Shown here: in pieces, positions 36,438 through 45,478 of the stretch
How the letters are laid out: every line of letters starts with the position of its first letter
How positions within the stretch are numbered: position 1 is the stretch's first letter
IMG/VR virus record: IMGVR_UViG_3300021082_000050
Coordinates: 1 to 45,478 of that record
Length of the DNA stretch: 45,478 nt
Direction: 5' to 3' (one strand)
DNA from: a virus
Lineage: Duplodnaviria; Caudoviricetes
Translations under genes and position numbers: made by a program
Notes under the pieces: model-generated
What the model was told of the DNA's origin: nothing
What the model saw: only the letters and a program-made list of their open reading frames with translations
The model's database searches: none

Positions 36438-38672
36438 ATGTCGGGCGCGGAAGTCGCTGAGCTGCCGGCGCCGGAAGAGGACGCCGCCCCGGCGGAGGAG
36501 AGCCGCGTCCTGGATCGCGACCGCGACCTGCTCGGCCGGCGCTCCAAGAACGCGGAAGCCCCCAAGTCCGGCATTAGGAAGCGCCTCGACGAGATCTTCG
36601 ACGCCGTGGCGCGGGGCTTCGAGGACCAGAGCAACCGCTCCGACGCGATCCAGGATTACTGGGACTGCTACAATTGCCGGGCGAACCAGCACCGCTACTA
36701 CAGCGGCATCGCCGACATCTACTTCCCGATCATTCGCGACGCGGTAGAGGCGCGCGTCACCCGGTTTTCCAACCAGTTGTTCCCGCAGGGCGGCCGCTAC
36801 ATCCAGGCCGCCGCCTCGGACGGGTCGGGCGAGGAGGCGCTGGTGGCGATCCTCGACCACTATATCCGCCGCGCCAAGATGAAGACGATGGTGGTGGCGC
36901 CGCTCCAGCGTAACGGCGACATCGAGGGGCAGTACAACCTCTACGTCGATTGGGCGGAGCTGGAGCGGCAGATTGTTTCACGTGAAACACACGGCCCGAT
37001 AGACCCGCAGACCGGCGCCGAGATGCCGGGCGAGGAGATCCTTGACATCAGGCAAGAGGATGTCGTCGAGGGCTTCCCGGTGTTCGAGGTATTGCACGAT
37101 CCCGATGTGCTGGTATTGCCGCCGACCGCCGATTCGGTGGAGGAGGCCCTGGCGGCCGGGGGCTGTGCCGCGATCGTGCGGCGCTGGTCGAAGGAGAAGA
37201 TCGACCGTCTCGCGGAGTCGGGGCAGATCCGCAAGGACGAGGCGAAGGAACTGAAGGCGGCGATGGGCTCGCCCCGGCCGGAGAGCCGGGACACCGGGGG
37301 GCGCATCCTGGAGCATGTCGGCATCCGGAAGTCCGGCAAGGAGGCGGTCGTCTGGGAGGTCTGGACGATGCTGCCGCTGGACAAGAAGGGCGACTATGCC
37401 GAGGACGGCAGGCCCAGGCTCTGCCGGGTGTTCTTCGGGCCGCAGCGCTCCCAGCTCGGTGCCAAGCGCAACCCCTATTGGAACGATCGCTGCCCGCTCT
37501 TATCGTGGCCGCAGATCAAGATGACGGACGCCTTCAAGGGGCCGTCCGCCATCGCGCATGTCGCCTCGCTCCAATACGAGGCGAACGACGCGATCAACGA
37601 GGGGGCGGACGCGGCGACCTATGCCGCTGCCCCCATCGTCCTGCGCGACCCGGCGAAATCGAATGGCCCCCTGGTGTTCGGCATGGGGGCGGTGTGGGAC
37701 GGCGCCAAGGATGCGATCTCGCTCCTGACCTTCCCCGACCTGACGCCCCGGGCCGTAGCCCGGGTGCAGATGGCGCTACAGGCGATCTTCCAGTCATTGG
37801 GCGTCAACCCCTCGATGCTGCCGCAGCAGACCCGCGCCTCCAAGCCGAACCAGGCGATGATCGCGCAGGAGCAGGCGGTGGACCTGCTGACCACCGCGGC
37901 GGGGGTCTCGGTCCTGGAGGAGGGCATCCTGACCCCGGCCGTCGAGTGGGCGGTCGATCTCGACTACCAGTTCCGCGATCGCGATCTCGTCGTCCGGATG
38001 TTCGGCGAGGAGGGTCGGCGGGCCGAGATGCAGGCGGTGGCGCCCTTGCAGAACCGCAACGGCCTTACCTTCACCTGGCGCGGCGGCGAGCAGGTCCGGC
38101 AGAACGCGATGATGCAGCAGCAGGGCACCGGCATGCTCAACGTGATGATGAGCCCCGGCGTGCAGCAGGCATTGGCGGCGGACGGCAAGAAGTTCACCCC
38201 GGCCAAGATCATCGAGCAGATGGTGATGAATGCTTTCGGGCCGGATCTGGCGCAGTCCTCGATCGTCGATCAGCGCCGCGAGTTGACCAACCCGCCCGAT
38301 ATGGAAAACGAGTGGATGCAGGACAACCTGCCGGCCAATGTCCACCCGCTCGACGACGACAACGTCCACATGCGGGAGCATTTCCAGGACATCCAGGCGA
38401 GAGGCGACCCGAGCGGTCTGAAGCGCCCGCACATGATGGCGCACCAGCAGCAGCAGCAGATGAAGATCCAGGCCCAGATGATGCAGCAGATGCAGCTGCG
38501 GCAGCAGGGCGCCGGCGCCAACGGGAGCGAACGGAGTCGCCCGCCCGGCCCCGGCCAGCCGCAACCCGGCGCCGCACCCGCCGGCCCCCGCCTGATAAAA
38601 GGCCCCGCGGGACAGATCCATCCCGACCAGGCCGCGGCAGCCGGCGGCATGCAGATGCCGAGGCGGTTCTGA
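36438..38672 (+). CDS. Portal protein (podovirus type)
   Basis: 744 aa after TerL. Helical, with Gln/Pro-rich C-terminal barrel-like tail. Confidence 0.8.
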   Translation: MSGAEVAELPAPEEDAAPAEESRVLDRDRDLLGRRSKNAEAPKSGIRKRLDEIFDAVARGFEDQSNRSDAIQDYWDCYNCRANQHRYYSGIADIYFPIIRDAVEARVTRFSNQLFPQGGRYIQAAASDGSGEEALVAILDHYIRRAKMKTMVVAPLQRNGDIEGQYNLYVDWAELERQIVSRETHGPIDPQTGAEMPGEEILDIRQEDVVEGFPVFEVLHDPDVLVLPPTADSVEEALAAGGCAAIVRRWSKEKIDRLAESGQIRKDEAKELKAAMGSPRPESRDTGGRILEHVGIRKSGKEAVVWEVWTMLPLDKKGDYAEDGRPRLCRVFFGPQRSQLGAKRNPYWNDRCPLLSWPQIKMTDAFKGPSAIAHVASLQYEANDAINEGADAATYAAAPIVLRDPAKSNGPLVFGMGAVWDGAKDAISLLTFPDLTPRAVARVQMALQAIFQSLGVNPSMLPQQTRASKPNQAMIAQEQAVDLLTTAAGVSVLEEGILTPAVEWAVDLDYQFRDRDLVVRMFGEEGRRAEMQAVAPLQNRNGLTFTWRGGEQVRQNAMMQQQGTGMLNVMMSPGVQQALAADGKKFTPAKIIEQMVMNAFGPDLAQSSIVDQRRELTNPPDMENEWMQDNLPANVHPLDDDNVHMREHFQDIQARGDPSGLKRPHMMAHQQQQQMKIQAQMMQQMQLRQQGAGANGSERSRPPGPGQPQPGAAPAGPRLIKGPAGQIHPDQAAAAGGMQMPRRF
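36974..36989. promoter_or_regulatory. parS: parS site (perfect 16-bp palindrome)
   Basis: TGTTTCACGTGAAACA, the canonical chromosomal ParB-binding consensus. Confidence 0.85.
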
Positions 38673-38917
38673 TGCGGTGGTCCCCGGAGGACATCGCGAC
38701 CATGGCGGAGCTTGCCGAGCAAGGCATCTCGGCTCGAGTGGCGGCGGAGAGGATGGGGCGGGATGCGACGACGGCGCGGTGGGCCGCGCGCCGCTACGGC
38801 GTCCACTTTCATAGCCTGGCGAAGACCCCTGACGAGAGGATCAGGAAGCGGTGGCGGGCCATATTGCCAAAGCTGAAGGCCGACCTGCGCCGCGATCTCG
38901 ACGCCATATCGGCTTGA
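38672..38917 (+). CDS. Small HTH protein (GcrA-N-like 'W S.E....' start)
   Basis: 'MRWSPEDIATMAELAEQGISARVAAERMGRDATT'. Confidence 0.6.
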   Translation: MRWSPEDIATMAELAEQGISARVAAERMGRDATTARWAARRYGVHFHSLAKTPDERIRKRWRAILPKLKADLRRDLDAISA

Positions 38918-38944
38918 CAAAATCCGCATCTTGCGGCTTACGCT
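38914..38944 (+). promoter_or_regulatory. Putative promoter for scaffold/capsid genes
   Basis: TTGACA at 38914, CCGCA-TCT-TGCGG palindrome in the spacer, TACGCT at 38939 (19-nt spacer, longer than usual). Confidence 0.4.
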
Positions 38945-39022
38945 ACGTGACGTGCGCGCAACGTTAGAGCGCGGGGCTTGGGCGGAGTCGCCATTCCGGC
39001 GCGCGGCCTGGGGGAAACTTAA

Positions 39023-39835
39023 ATGTCCGATATACCGAACGACGCCGATCCTGGCGGCGAGGAGCTTGACCTTGGCGAAATCGACGAGGCCGAAGGCGAT
39101 GCCGAAGGGCAGGAAGGCGGCGATGAAGATGCTGCCGATGATGAAGGGCCTGCCGGCGAAGGCCGGGAAGACGAAGAGGGCGAAGGCCGGCGCGATGTAG
39201 GGCGCGAGGCCCGGACCGGCCGCAAGTCGCAATCGCAGCGGCTGCGGGATCGGAACGAGCAGTTACAGCGGGAACTCGCGGAAGCGCGGGGGTTCCGGCA
39301 GGCTGCGGAGCAGTTTCGCCCGCAACAGCAGCAGCAGGCCGATCCTGCGGCGCAGGCGCGGGCACAGCAGGAGCGGGCCGACCGGCTCGCGATGATGTCG
39401 CCGGTAGAGGCGGCCGAGTACATCGCGAACGAGCGGGCCGGACAGTTTCAGCAGGCGCTGCTGATGCAGCACCTGAACACGCAGGACCTGATCGACAAAC
39501 GTGACTACGACAGCCAGGCCCGATCATCGAGACTTCACTCCCAGTACCGGGAGGAGGTCGAGCGCACCCTGCGGGAGAAGCGCCAGGCCGGCGATCTGCT
39601 TATCAACCGGGAAGAAATCCTCGACCGCATCATCGGCCGCGAGGCTCGCCAGCGCGCCTCTCGTGCCGCTCCGGTGCAGCGCGGCGCAGCGCGGCGACGG
39701 GTGGGCGCGCAGCAGACCCGGCCAACCGGGGCGCGCGGCGACGGGCCATCCGGCGGACGCCGGCCGCAGCCCGGCTCGGCCGAGGACGACGAGCGGATCA
39801 TCGCCGAAGGTTTTGCGCGGGGCGAAAGACTTTAG
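39023..39835 (+). CDS. Capsid scaffolding protein
   Basis: Acidic N-terminus, coiled coil, directly before the capsid gene. Confidence 0.75.
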   Translation: MSDIPNDADPGGEELDLGEIDEAEGDAEGQEGGDEDAADDEGPAGEGREDEEGEGRRDVGREARTGRKSQSQRLRDRNEQLQRELAEARGFRQAAEQFRPQQQQQADPAAQARAQQERADRLAMMSPVEAAEYIANERAGQFQQALLMQHLNTQDLIDKRDYDSQARSSRLHSQYREEVERTLREKRQAGDLLINREEILDRIIGREARQRASRAAPVQRGAARRRVGAQQTRPTGARGDGPSGGRRPQPGSAEDDERIIAEGFARGERL

Positions 39836-39877
39836 GGGGACGGTCGGGACCCTCCCCCGGCGCAGGGAGGGTTCTAA

Positions 39878-41227
39878 ATGGCTGTTACGGTAAACACCTC
39901 TTCGAATTTCGCGGGCGCCATCGCCCGCACGATCGACCGCAAGGCGTTGCAGGTCGCGCAACGCTACCTCGTCCTCTCCCAGTTTGCCGACAAGAAGAAG
40001 CTCGACCACGGCCACGGCGTCACCTGGACGGCGAACCGCTGGAACCGGCTGCCGCTGCCGACCGCGCCCGTTGCCGAGGGCACGCCGCCGCAGCCGAACC
40101 AGCTCACCTTCAGCCAGGTCACGGGCATCGCGACCCAGTGGGCCGGCCGCATCGTCTTTACCGACGTGGCGACGATCGTCGTGCAGGAGGACCTGCTGCG
40201 GATCGCCTCCGAAAGGCTCGGCATGCAGTTGGCCGAGACCAAGGAACGCAACGGCTGGAACTCGCTCAATGCCGTGACGCAGGTGAACTACGTCGCCTCG
40301 GCCGGCGCCCGCGCCTCGCTGGTGGCCGGCAACAACCTCGACCCGACCACCGTGACGCGGACATTCACCAACCTGAAGAAGATCGGCGCGCCGCTGTGGA
40401 ACGGCCAGACCGGCGAGACCATCGAGCGGTCGATCAACTACAATTACGAGCAGTCGCACAAGAAGGAAATAGCGGCCGAGCATCTGGTCGCGATCGGCGA
40501 CCCGCTGGTCATGCAGGATTTTCGGAACAACCCGCTGGTGGTGCAGACCTACCAGTATTCCGAGGCGAACAAGCTCTACATCAACCAGCACGGGATGTGG
40601 GGCGGCATCGTCTGCTGCGAATCGAACATGATGCCGTCGTGGACCGGCGTCGCCCAGGTCAACGGCGCTAACGCGATCGGCTCGCTCACCACCGCCACCT
40701 ACACGATCCAGGTGACGGGGTGGGACAACCAGAATTTCTACGAGAGCCGCATCTACCAGGTCTCGGCCGATGTCTCGGTGACCACCGGCGGCATCTCGCT
40801 GACGACGCCCTCGACCCCCGGCTTCACCTACGCCGTCTATATCGGCTCGGGCACCGGCGCCGCCCCGACCAACCTCGGCTTGGTGGCCAGCGGCGGCCCG
40901 ACCTCCGGTCCCTATACCGGGCAGGCGATTCAGATCCCGCCCTCGACCGCCGTCACGATCACCGGCATCGGGCTCTACCAGATCCCGCCCGCCGCACCCG
41001 CGACCGGCGTCACGGTGTACCGGACCTATGTGTTCGGCAAGGAAGCATTCGCCACGCTGAAGCTGATGGGCGTCGAGTGGAACCGCTTGTACAATGCGGA
41101 CAAGTCGGACCCTCATAATCAACTCCGCGTGATTGGGTATAAGTATATGGAAGGGTGGTGCATTTTAAACCAAACCTTCCTTGCCGCGATGGAGAGTACT
41201 GCGTCGTCAACTGGTGCGTTCACCTGA
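39878..41227 (+). CDS. Major capsid protein (N4-gp56-like) with Thr-rich insertion domain
   Basis: 'PVAEGTPP', 'QWAGRIVFTD', 'TYVFGKEAF', 'DKSDPHNQLRVIGYK'. Confidence 0.85.
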   Translation: MAVTVNTSSNFAGAIARTIDRKALQVAQRYLVLSQFADKKKLDHGHGVTWTANRWNRLPLPTAPVAEGTPPQPNQLTFSQVTGIATQWAGRIVFTDVATIVVQEDLLRIASERLGMQLAETKERNGWNSLNAVTQVNYVASAGARASLVAGNNLDPTTVTRTFTNLKKIGAPLWNGQTGETIERSINYNYEQSHKKEIAAEHLVAIGDPLVMQDFRNNPLVVQTYQYSEANKLYINQHGMWGGIVCCESNMMPSWTGVAQVNGANAIGSLTTATYTIQVTGWDNQNFYESRIYQVSADVSVTTGGISLTTPSTPGFTYAVYIGSGTGAAPTNLGLVASGGPTSGPYTGQAIQIPPSTAVTITGIGLYQIPPAAPATGVTVYRTYVFGKEAFATLKLMGVEWNRLYNADKSDPHNQLRVIGYKYMEGWCILNQTFLAAMESTASSTGAFT

Positions 41228-41848
41228 TTACTTAGAGTATCTAGCCAAATACTCTATGGCTCGCTGAATAACCACGGCATCCTCTCTGAACAGGCCGATG
41301 CCGTGGTTGCAATGGTGGCAAAGGAGGCCGCGGACTTGGCCGGTGGCGTGATTGTGGTCAACGTGGAAGCGCTTGGTGCGGGGGCCTGGGTCGGTTCCGG
41401 CGCATATCGCGCATACCCCGTTCTGGGCCGCGAGCATGGCATCGTACTCCCCGCGGGTCAGGCCAAAGCGGCGCTTCAAGTCGTAATCGGCGTAGCGCTC
41501 GGGGTCTTTGTAATACCGCTCCATCTGCTTGCCGTTCAGCCTCTTGCGGTTTTTCTTGTGGTACTCGGATGCGCGAGCGTTGCCGCAGTCGCGGCAGGTG
41601 CGGTTGAGGCCGTCGTGAAAATCCTTGTTTGCCGAGAAATTGGCTTCGGCCCGCACCTCCTTGCAGGACCAGCACCGTTTCGTTCCCGGTGGCGTCTGTT
41701 CGCGGGGCGGCTTCTTCCGGTAGAGGGCCTGCCGCTCCATGTAGCAGGGCTTGCAGGTCGGGCTGTGGCCGCCCGCATTGCGCGGGCTTTTGAAATACTC
41801 CGTGAGAGGCTTGGTCTCGCCACAGTCTCGGCACACCTTGTCCATCAC
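41228..41848 (-). CDS. Free-standing endonuclease VII-like (HNH) homing endonuclease with zinc fingers
   Basis: Two CxxC..CxxC repeats, then 'QNGVCAIC...FHVDHNHATGQVRGLLCHHCNHGIG'. Confidence 0.9.
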   Translation of the reverse strand: MMDKVCRDCGETKPLTEYFKSPRNAGGHSPTCKPCYMERQALYRKKPPREQTPPGTKRCWSCKEVRAEANFSANKDFHDGLNRTCRDCGNARASEYHKKNRKRLNGKQMERYYKDPERYADYDLKRRFGLTRGEYDAMLAAQNGVCAICAGTDPGPRTKRFHVDHNHATGQVRGLLCHHCNHGIGLFREDAVVIQRAIEYLARYSK

Positions 41849-41911
41849 TTCTCCCCTGTCTGCGGTGTAAGAACTGTAGCACAGGCAGCCTAGCGGGGAA
41901 AGGATTTACTT

Positions 41912-42238
41912 ATGCCGTCACCAGTCGCCCTTCGGGTCAGCGTCCGGGTTCGTTTCGAGATCGTGGGGGCCGGCACCGGACCCTCCGGCCTCGGCGGCCT
42001 CAACGCAGACGACCCGGCCTACGGGCAGAGCCTGTCGCCCGGCGCCGCGCCGGTGGCGCAGACGCTCTACTTCCAGGACGCCGAGCCGGTGCCCGGCACC
42101 CCCGGTTCCTGGACCCTGGCGAACCTGAAGACGGCGCTCGACGCCGCCTCGACCTCGCTGGCCGGATCGACGGGAACGCCGATCATCGACGCGAGCGAAC
42201 TCGCGATTATCAACGGTTTTGCGACCGGATCGCCCTAA
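41912..42238 (+). CDS. Virion structural protein (hypothetical)
   Basis: AAGGA RBS. Head-tail module. Confidence 0.6.
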   Translation: MPSPVALRVSVRVRFEIVGAGTGPSGLGGLNADDPAYGQSLSPGAAPVAQTLYFQDAEPVPGTPGSWTLANLKTALDAASTSLAGSTGTPIIDASELAIINGFATGSP

Positions 42239-42239
42239 G

Positions 42240-42554
42240 ATGTCGACCCGCACCCTTGGCACGGCCGGCACGACCACGCTGATCGCCGTCGCCTGGTCGC
42301 AGAACCCGGCTACCCTGCTGCCGGCCGATCTCGCGACGATCAACGGGAACATCCGCGACGACCAGACGGTCGGGCGCCCGGTGGCGGCCGTGTCCGGCAT
42401 CGGCGGGCTGGTGCGCGAGGGCAAGCTGTTCGTGCCGAACCGCGGCTCGCTGGTGCTCTACCCCGGCGATTACGTGGCCTACGACACGACCACCGGCTGG
42501 CCGATCCTGGTGTCCGCCATCGCGGCGGCCGGGGCGGCCTGGGTCCACTCCTAA
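42240..42554 (+). CDS. Virion structural protein (hypothetical)
   Basis: 'LFVPNRGSLVLYPGDYVAYDTTTGWPILVS'. Operon context. Confidence 0.6.
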   Translation: MSTRTLGTAGTTTLIAVAWSQNPATLLPADLATINGNIRDDQTVGRPVAAVSGIGGLVREGKLFVPNRGSLVLYPGDYVAYDTTTGWPILVSAIAAAGAAWVHS

Positions 42555-42563
42555 GGAGTTTGT

Positions 42564-43238
42564 ATGCTTTCCGAGGAACAGAAACGCAAGATGACCGAGG
42601 GGCGCGAGCGCGCGAAGCGTGAGCGTGCGGCGATGGCGCAGACGCAGGAAGGCGTCGAGACGGTCGTCGAGGAAGTCCCGGTGATGCCGGCGCTGGAGGG
42701 TGACGAGCTGCCGCCGGTCGTCGAATACGAGCCGGAACCCAGGGGGCTGCCGACCCCCTACGAGCTGTTCCTGGCCGCGCTGTCGGACGAGGCGCGCGAG
42801 ATCCTGTCCGGCGAGGAGCTTCGGGAGGCCTTTGACACCGCGACCCGCGAGGCGGCGGCGGAGCGCCGGAAGAAGCTCAAGGCGACGGCGGTCGAGAAGG
42901 CACGCTCGCAGGCGAGGGCATCCTCCGGCCTGCTGCCGGCCGAGGAGGTGGCGCAGCGAGAGTGGCAGGAGAGGATGGCCCGCCGGGTCCGCTGGACGCC
43001 GATCCTGCCCTTCGTGGCGGATACCGGCGGCCTCGTTGACGACGGGCTCCTGATCGACGGGCGGCGGCTGTTTCACGGCCAGGAGGTTGAGACGACCTAC
43101 GGCGAATGGCTCTCGGCCCGCTCCATCCTGTGGAACCTGCGGCAGCACGAACTCGACTTCAAGGGCGAGGGGCGCCTCTCCTCGCTGCGGCGCGACATGA
43201 CCGCTCGCGGCATCACCTTCGCCGGAGCGCGGGGATGA
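42564..43238 (+). CDS. Hypothetical protein
   Basis: TAAGGAG RBS. Coiled coil. Confidence 0.65.
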   Translation: MLSEEQKRKMTEGRERAKRERAAMAQTQEGVETVVEEVPVMPALEGDELPPVVEYEPEPRGLPTPYELFLAALSDEAREILSGEELREAFDTATREAAAERRKKLKATAVEKARSQARASSGLLPAEEVAQREWQERMARRVRWTPILPFVADTGGLVDDGLLIDGRRLFHGQEVETTYGEWLSARSILWNLRQHELDFKGEGRLSSLRRDMTARGITFAGARG

Positions 43239-43456
43239 GCGAGGATGCCGGCCGCAGCGTGCTCGTCTGCCGGATCGAGACGCCGGCCCAGATATGGGTG
43301 CAGCGGCAGGCGATAGACCTGACTGGCGAGTGGTTGAACGTCGGAGGGCCTGTGATGCTGCCTCCCGGCGGGCAAACCAGCATCCACCTGGGACGCTCTC
43401 AATATCCTGCAGAACGGCCAAACGTGCGGCTGATAATCGCCGAGGTCAATGAATGA
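43235..43456 (+). CDS. Hypothetical protein
   Basis: ATGA overlaps at both ends. Confidence 0.5.
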   Translation: MSEDAGRSVLVCRIETPAQIWVQRQAIDLTGEWLNVGGPVMLPPGGQTSIHLGRSQYPAERPNVRLIIAEVNE

Positions 43457-43662
43457 GCGACGGCGAAATGCTCGAATACATGGGCATGGATGCTGCCAAG
43501 TGGGCGGCTGAGTTCTGTAAAATAGCGCGCAACCACGGCCACAACCTTGACGAGGAGTGGATGATCGGGTGGTTCGCCAGTGCCATCATGGCGGGATACG
43601 ATCGAGGGAGAGGGGTGTCGTTCACCAAGCTTCCTGACGGCTCCGCCTTTATTGTGGATTAG
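43453..43662 (+). CDS. Hypothetical protein
   Basis: 'MDAAKWAAEF...WMIGWFASAIMAGYD'. GAGG RBS. Confidence 0.6.
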   Translation: MSDGEMLEYMGMDAAKWAAEFCKIARNHGHNLDEEWMIGWFASAIMAGYDRGRGVSFTKLPDGSAFIVD

Positions 43663-43665
43663 CGC

Positions 43666-44136
43666 ATGAGCGAGTTGCGGATCACCTACCAGCTGCAATT
43701 GAGCGAGGGGCAGACCATCGCCTACGAGATCGGCGAGGATACCGAGATCGATCGCGTGCAGCTCGACATGCTGCTCGACAAGGTGGGCGGCGCGGCCGAC
43801 CGGCGGAAGGCGATTTTCGACCTGCCGTTCCACAAGGCGCGGCTGTTCGCCAACCGAGAATTGCTGCGCTCGCAACAGCGCGAGCGTGCCAAGGCCGATG
43901 CGACGATGCAGGCCAGGGTGGTGCAGATGACGGCCAACCGGCGCAGCCAGGTGCCGCCGGCGCAGCAGGACATCAACACGGTGGCGCAGTTCGACAACCG
44001 CATCCTCGAATTGCAGAAGACGATCCAGGCGGACGAATTGCGCATCCCGTATCTCGAGGCGATCATCGAGGGCCGCAAACCGCCGGAATTGTTCCCCGAG
44101 ATCGACGATCCGCCGCAAGCGCTCGCGGCCGAATGA
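43666..44136 (+). CDS. Coiled-coil hypothetical protein
   Basis: Operon context and heptad pattern. Confidence 0.65.
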   Translation: MSELRITYQLQLSEGQTIAYEIGEDTEIDRVQLDMLLDKVGGAADRRKAIFDLPFHKARLFANRELLRSQQRERAKADATMQARVVQMTANRRSQVPPAQQDINTVAQFDNRILELQKTIQADELRIPYLEAIIEGRKPPELFPEIDDPPQALAAE

Positions 44137-44142
44137 TCCGGC

Positions 44143-45111
44143 GTGCTGACCGCCGCGCAGATCATTGAGGAGGCGGCCTACCGCGCCAAGGTGCCGGGGT
44201 ATCAGGGGACTTTTGCCCTGCGCAACCTGAATGCGATCCTCTCCGACCTCTGCCAGCACCACGATTTCGCGCTAGCCCGGGGTGTCTACAACTTCAACTT
44301 CAACCCGGCGCTGGCGACGATGTACGGCAGCGGCCCCTATCCTCTGCCGCTCGACTATCTGCGCACCTCGGGGTCGTCGGGTGCCACCGGCGCCGGCCGC
44401 TCGGCCTGGTATCTCTATCCGACGCCGGCATTCCCCTCGGGGCAGCCCATTTACATGGTGCCGATCGACCTCGCCGAGTTCGACCAGTTCCCGCAGTTTC
44501 CCTCGCAATCGACCCCGAACCTGTGGGCGACGGACATGGGCGGGCCGCTGACGCAGCGCATCGTCCTGACGACGACGGGCGACCTCAGCGGTACGGACGG
44601 CACGGTCAACAACCTCCCCTCGATCGTCGGTCTGCGCCTCGGCCTCGGCTGTGCCGGGGAGGGGATCGCCCCGGGCTCGGTCGTCATCGCGATCAACACC
44701 ACGATCGGCCAGGTGACGCTCTCGGCCAACACCACCCTGGCGATCGACGGGGCCAGCGTCTACTTCGGCATAGCGCCGGTGGCCTATGTCTATCCCCCGC
44801 CGCTCGGCAGCTACCCGGTGACGGTGCGCTACCAGCGCCAGATGCCGGATGTCGTCGATGTCTACAACCGGACGCCCTGGTTCCCCGATACCGGCTACCT
44901 CGTCACCGAACTGGCCTCCCGCCTCTGCGAGATCAGCGACGACCAGCGGGCCCTGAATCTGCACGGCCTCGCCGACATGCGTATCGGCAAGTACCTCGCC
45001 AAGGCCGACGACAAGACCAACCGGGCGCAGTCGATCCAGCTCGACGGCCGCAACTTCGGCGGCGGGACGAGCTACGACAGGGCCAGACTTACAAAACATC
45101 AGGGCTGGTGA
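44143..45111 (+). CDS. Head-tail adaptor (tail tubular A / P22 gp4-like)
   Basis: 'TAAQIIEEAA...ALRNLNAIL', 'YPLPLDYLR', 'VYPPP...VTVRY', 'PWFP'. Confidence 0.7.
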   Translation: MLTAAQIIEEAAYRAKVPGYQGTFALRNLNAILSDLCQHHDFALARGVYNFNFNPALATMYGSGPYPLPLDYLRTSGSSGATGAGRSAWYLYPTPAFPSGQPIYMVPIDLAEFDQFPQFPSQSTPNLWATDMGGPLTQRIVLTTTGDLSGTDGTVNNLPSIVGLRLGLGCAGEGIAPGSVVIAINTTIGQVTLSANTTLAIDGASVYFGIAPVAYVYPPPLGSYPVTVRYQRQMPDVVDVYNRTPWFPDTGYLVTELASRLCEISDDQRALNLHGLADMRIGKYLAKADDKTNRAQSIQLDGRNFGGGTSYDRARLTKHQGW

Positions 45112-45419
45112 TGGCGGTCGCCGTCACGGTCGTAACCCGCGTCGGCCCCGCGGCTTTTATCGGCACCGGGACCATCGGCCCGATCGCCGCCGCTGATCTG
45201 TCCAACGGCGCCAGCGGCGAGGGGGCGATCCTCCTGGCCGAGTTCCCGAATCTGCCGCCTAAGACCTTTGCGCAGCTTCCCGTCGCGCCCGTGGCGGGCA
45301 TGTTGGCCCACATCGCCGACAGCAACACCGTCGTCTGGGGCGCGGCCATCGCGGGCGGCGGGTCCGATCCGGTGCTGGCCTGGTTCAGCGGGACCGCCTG
45401 GACGGTCCTCGGCATCTGA
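45111..45419 (+). CDS. Small virion protein, paralogous module to 7437-7904
   Basis: TGATG coupling on both sides. 'LPVAPVAGMLAHIADSNTVVWG...WTVLG'. Confidence 0.6.
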   Translation: MAVAVTVVTRVGPAAFIGTGTIGPIAAADLSNGASGEGAILLAEFPNLPPKTFAQLPVAPVAGMLAHIADSNTVVWGAAIAGGGSDPVLAWFSGTAWTVLGI

Positions 45420-45478
45420 TGGCGACCTCTCTCCGCAACGCCGCCCCGCTGAATTTCGTCGCCAAGGGCGTCAGCGAC
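45419..45478 (+). CDS. 5' end (20 codons) of the gene continuing at 1..2331
   Basis: MATSLRNAAPLNFVAKGVSD. Terminal AGCGAC equals bases 1-6. Confidence 0.8.
   Translation, partial: MATSLRNAAPLNFVAKGVSD

Noticed and set aside
36757-36990. ORF starting MFHVKQ
   Set aside because: Antisense shadow ORF produced by the parS palindrome.
38444-38510. CAG-rich run
   Set aside because: Encodes the Gln-rich portal tail. Ordinary coding repeat.
39524-41122. Long antisense or alternative-frame ORFs (also 751-1821, 2317-3591, 15393-16628, 31535-32860, 33820-35004, 42210-43421)
   Set aside because: Shadow frames of well-supported genes in high-GC DNA.

Overview
This window looks like a complete, circularly permuted, GC-rich podovirus-like tailed phage genome, probably from an alphaproteobacterial-type host (inference). 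The last 60 nt (ATG at 45419) read in frame into base 1 and share a 6-nt AGCGAC overlap with it. The + strand late module runs TerL, portal, scaffold, N4-gp56-like major capsid, head-tail connectors, tail spikes/fibres, holin-like, GNAT, three ejection proteins and an intein-split PurD-like ATP-grasp ligase. The early/middle region (about 19.1-32.7 kb) has YqaJ exonuclease, ERF, KTSC, a Cro-like HTH, RusA, an AAA_25 helicase, thermonuclease and an SF2 helicase. No integrase, DNA polymerase, primase, clear endolysin, tRNA or canonical CRISPR array was recognised. The most striking element is a solitary Cas7/RAMP-like gene (19968-20639, -) followed from its stop codon by a non-coding array of 5-nt GGY-NN units (19771-19974), with a second mini-array inside the gene. 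This is a candidate non-CRISPR RNA-guided system. Also notable are a perfect chromosomal-type parS palindrome written in rare codons inside the portal gene and an O-antigen-ligase-like moron. All protein calls are by eye from motifs and synteny; no database searches were run.
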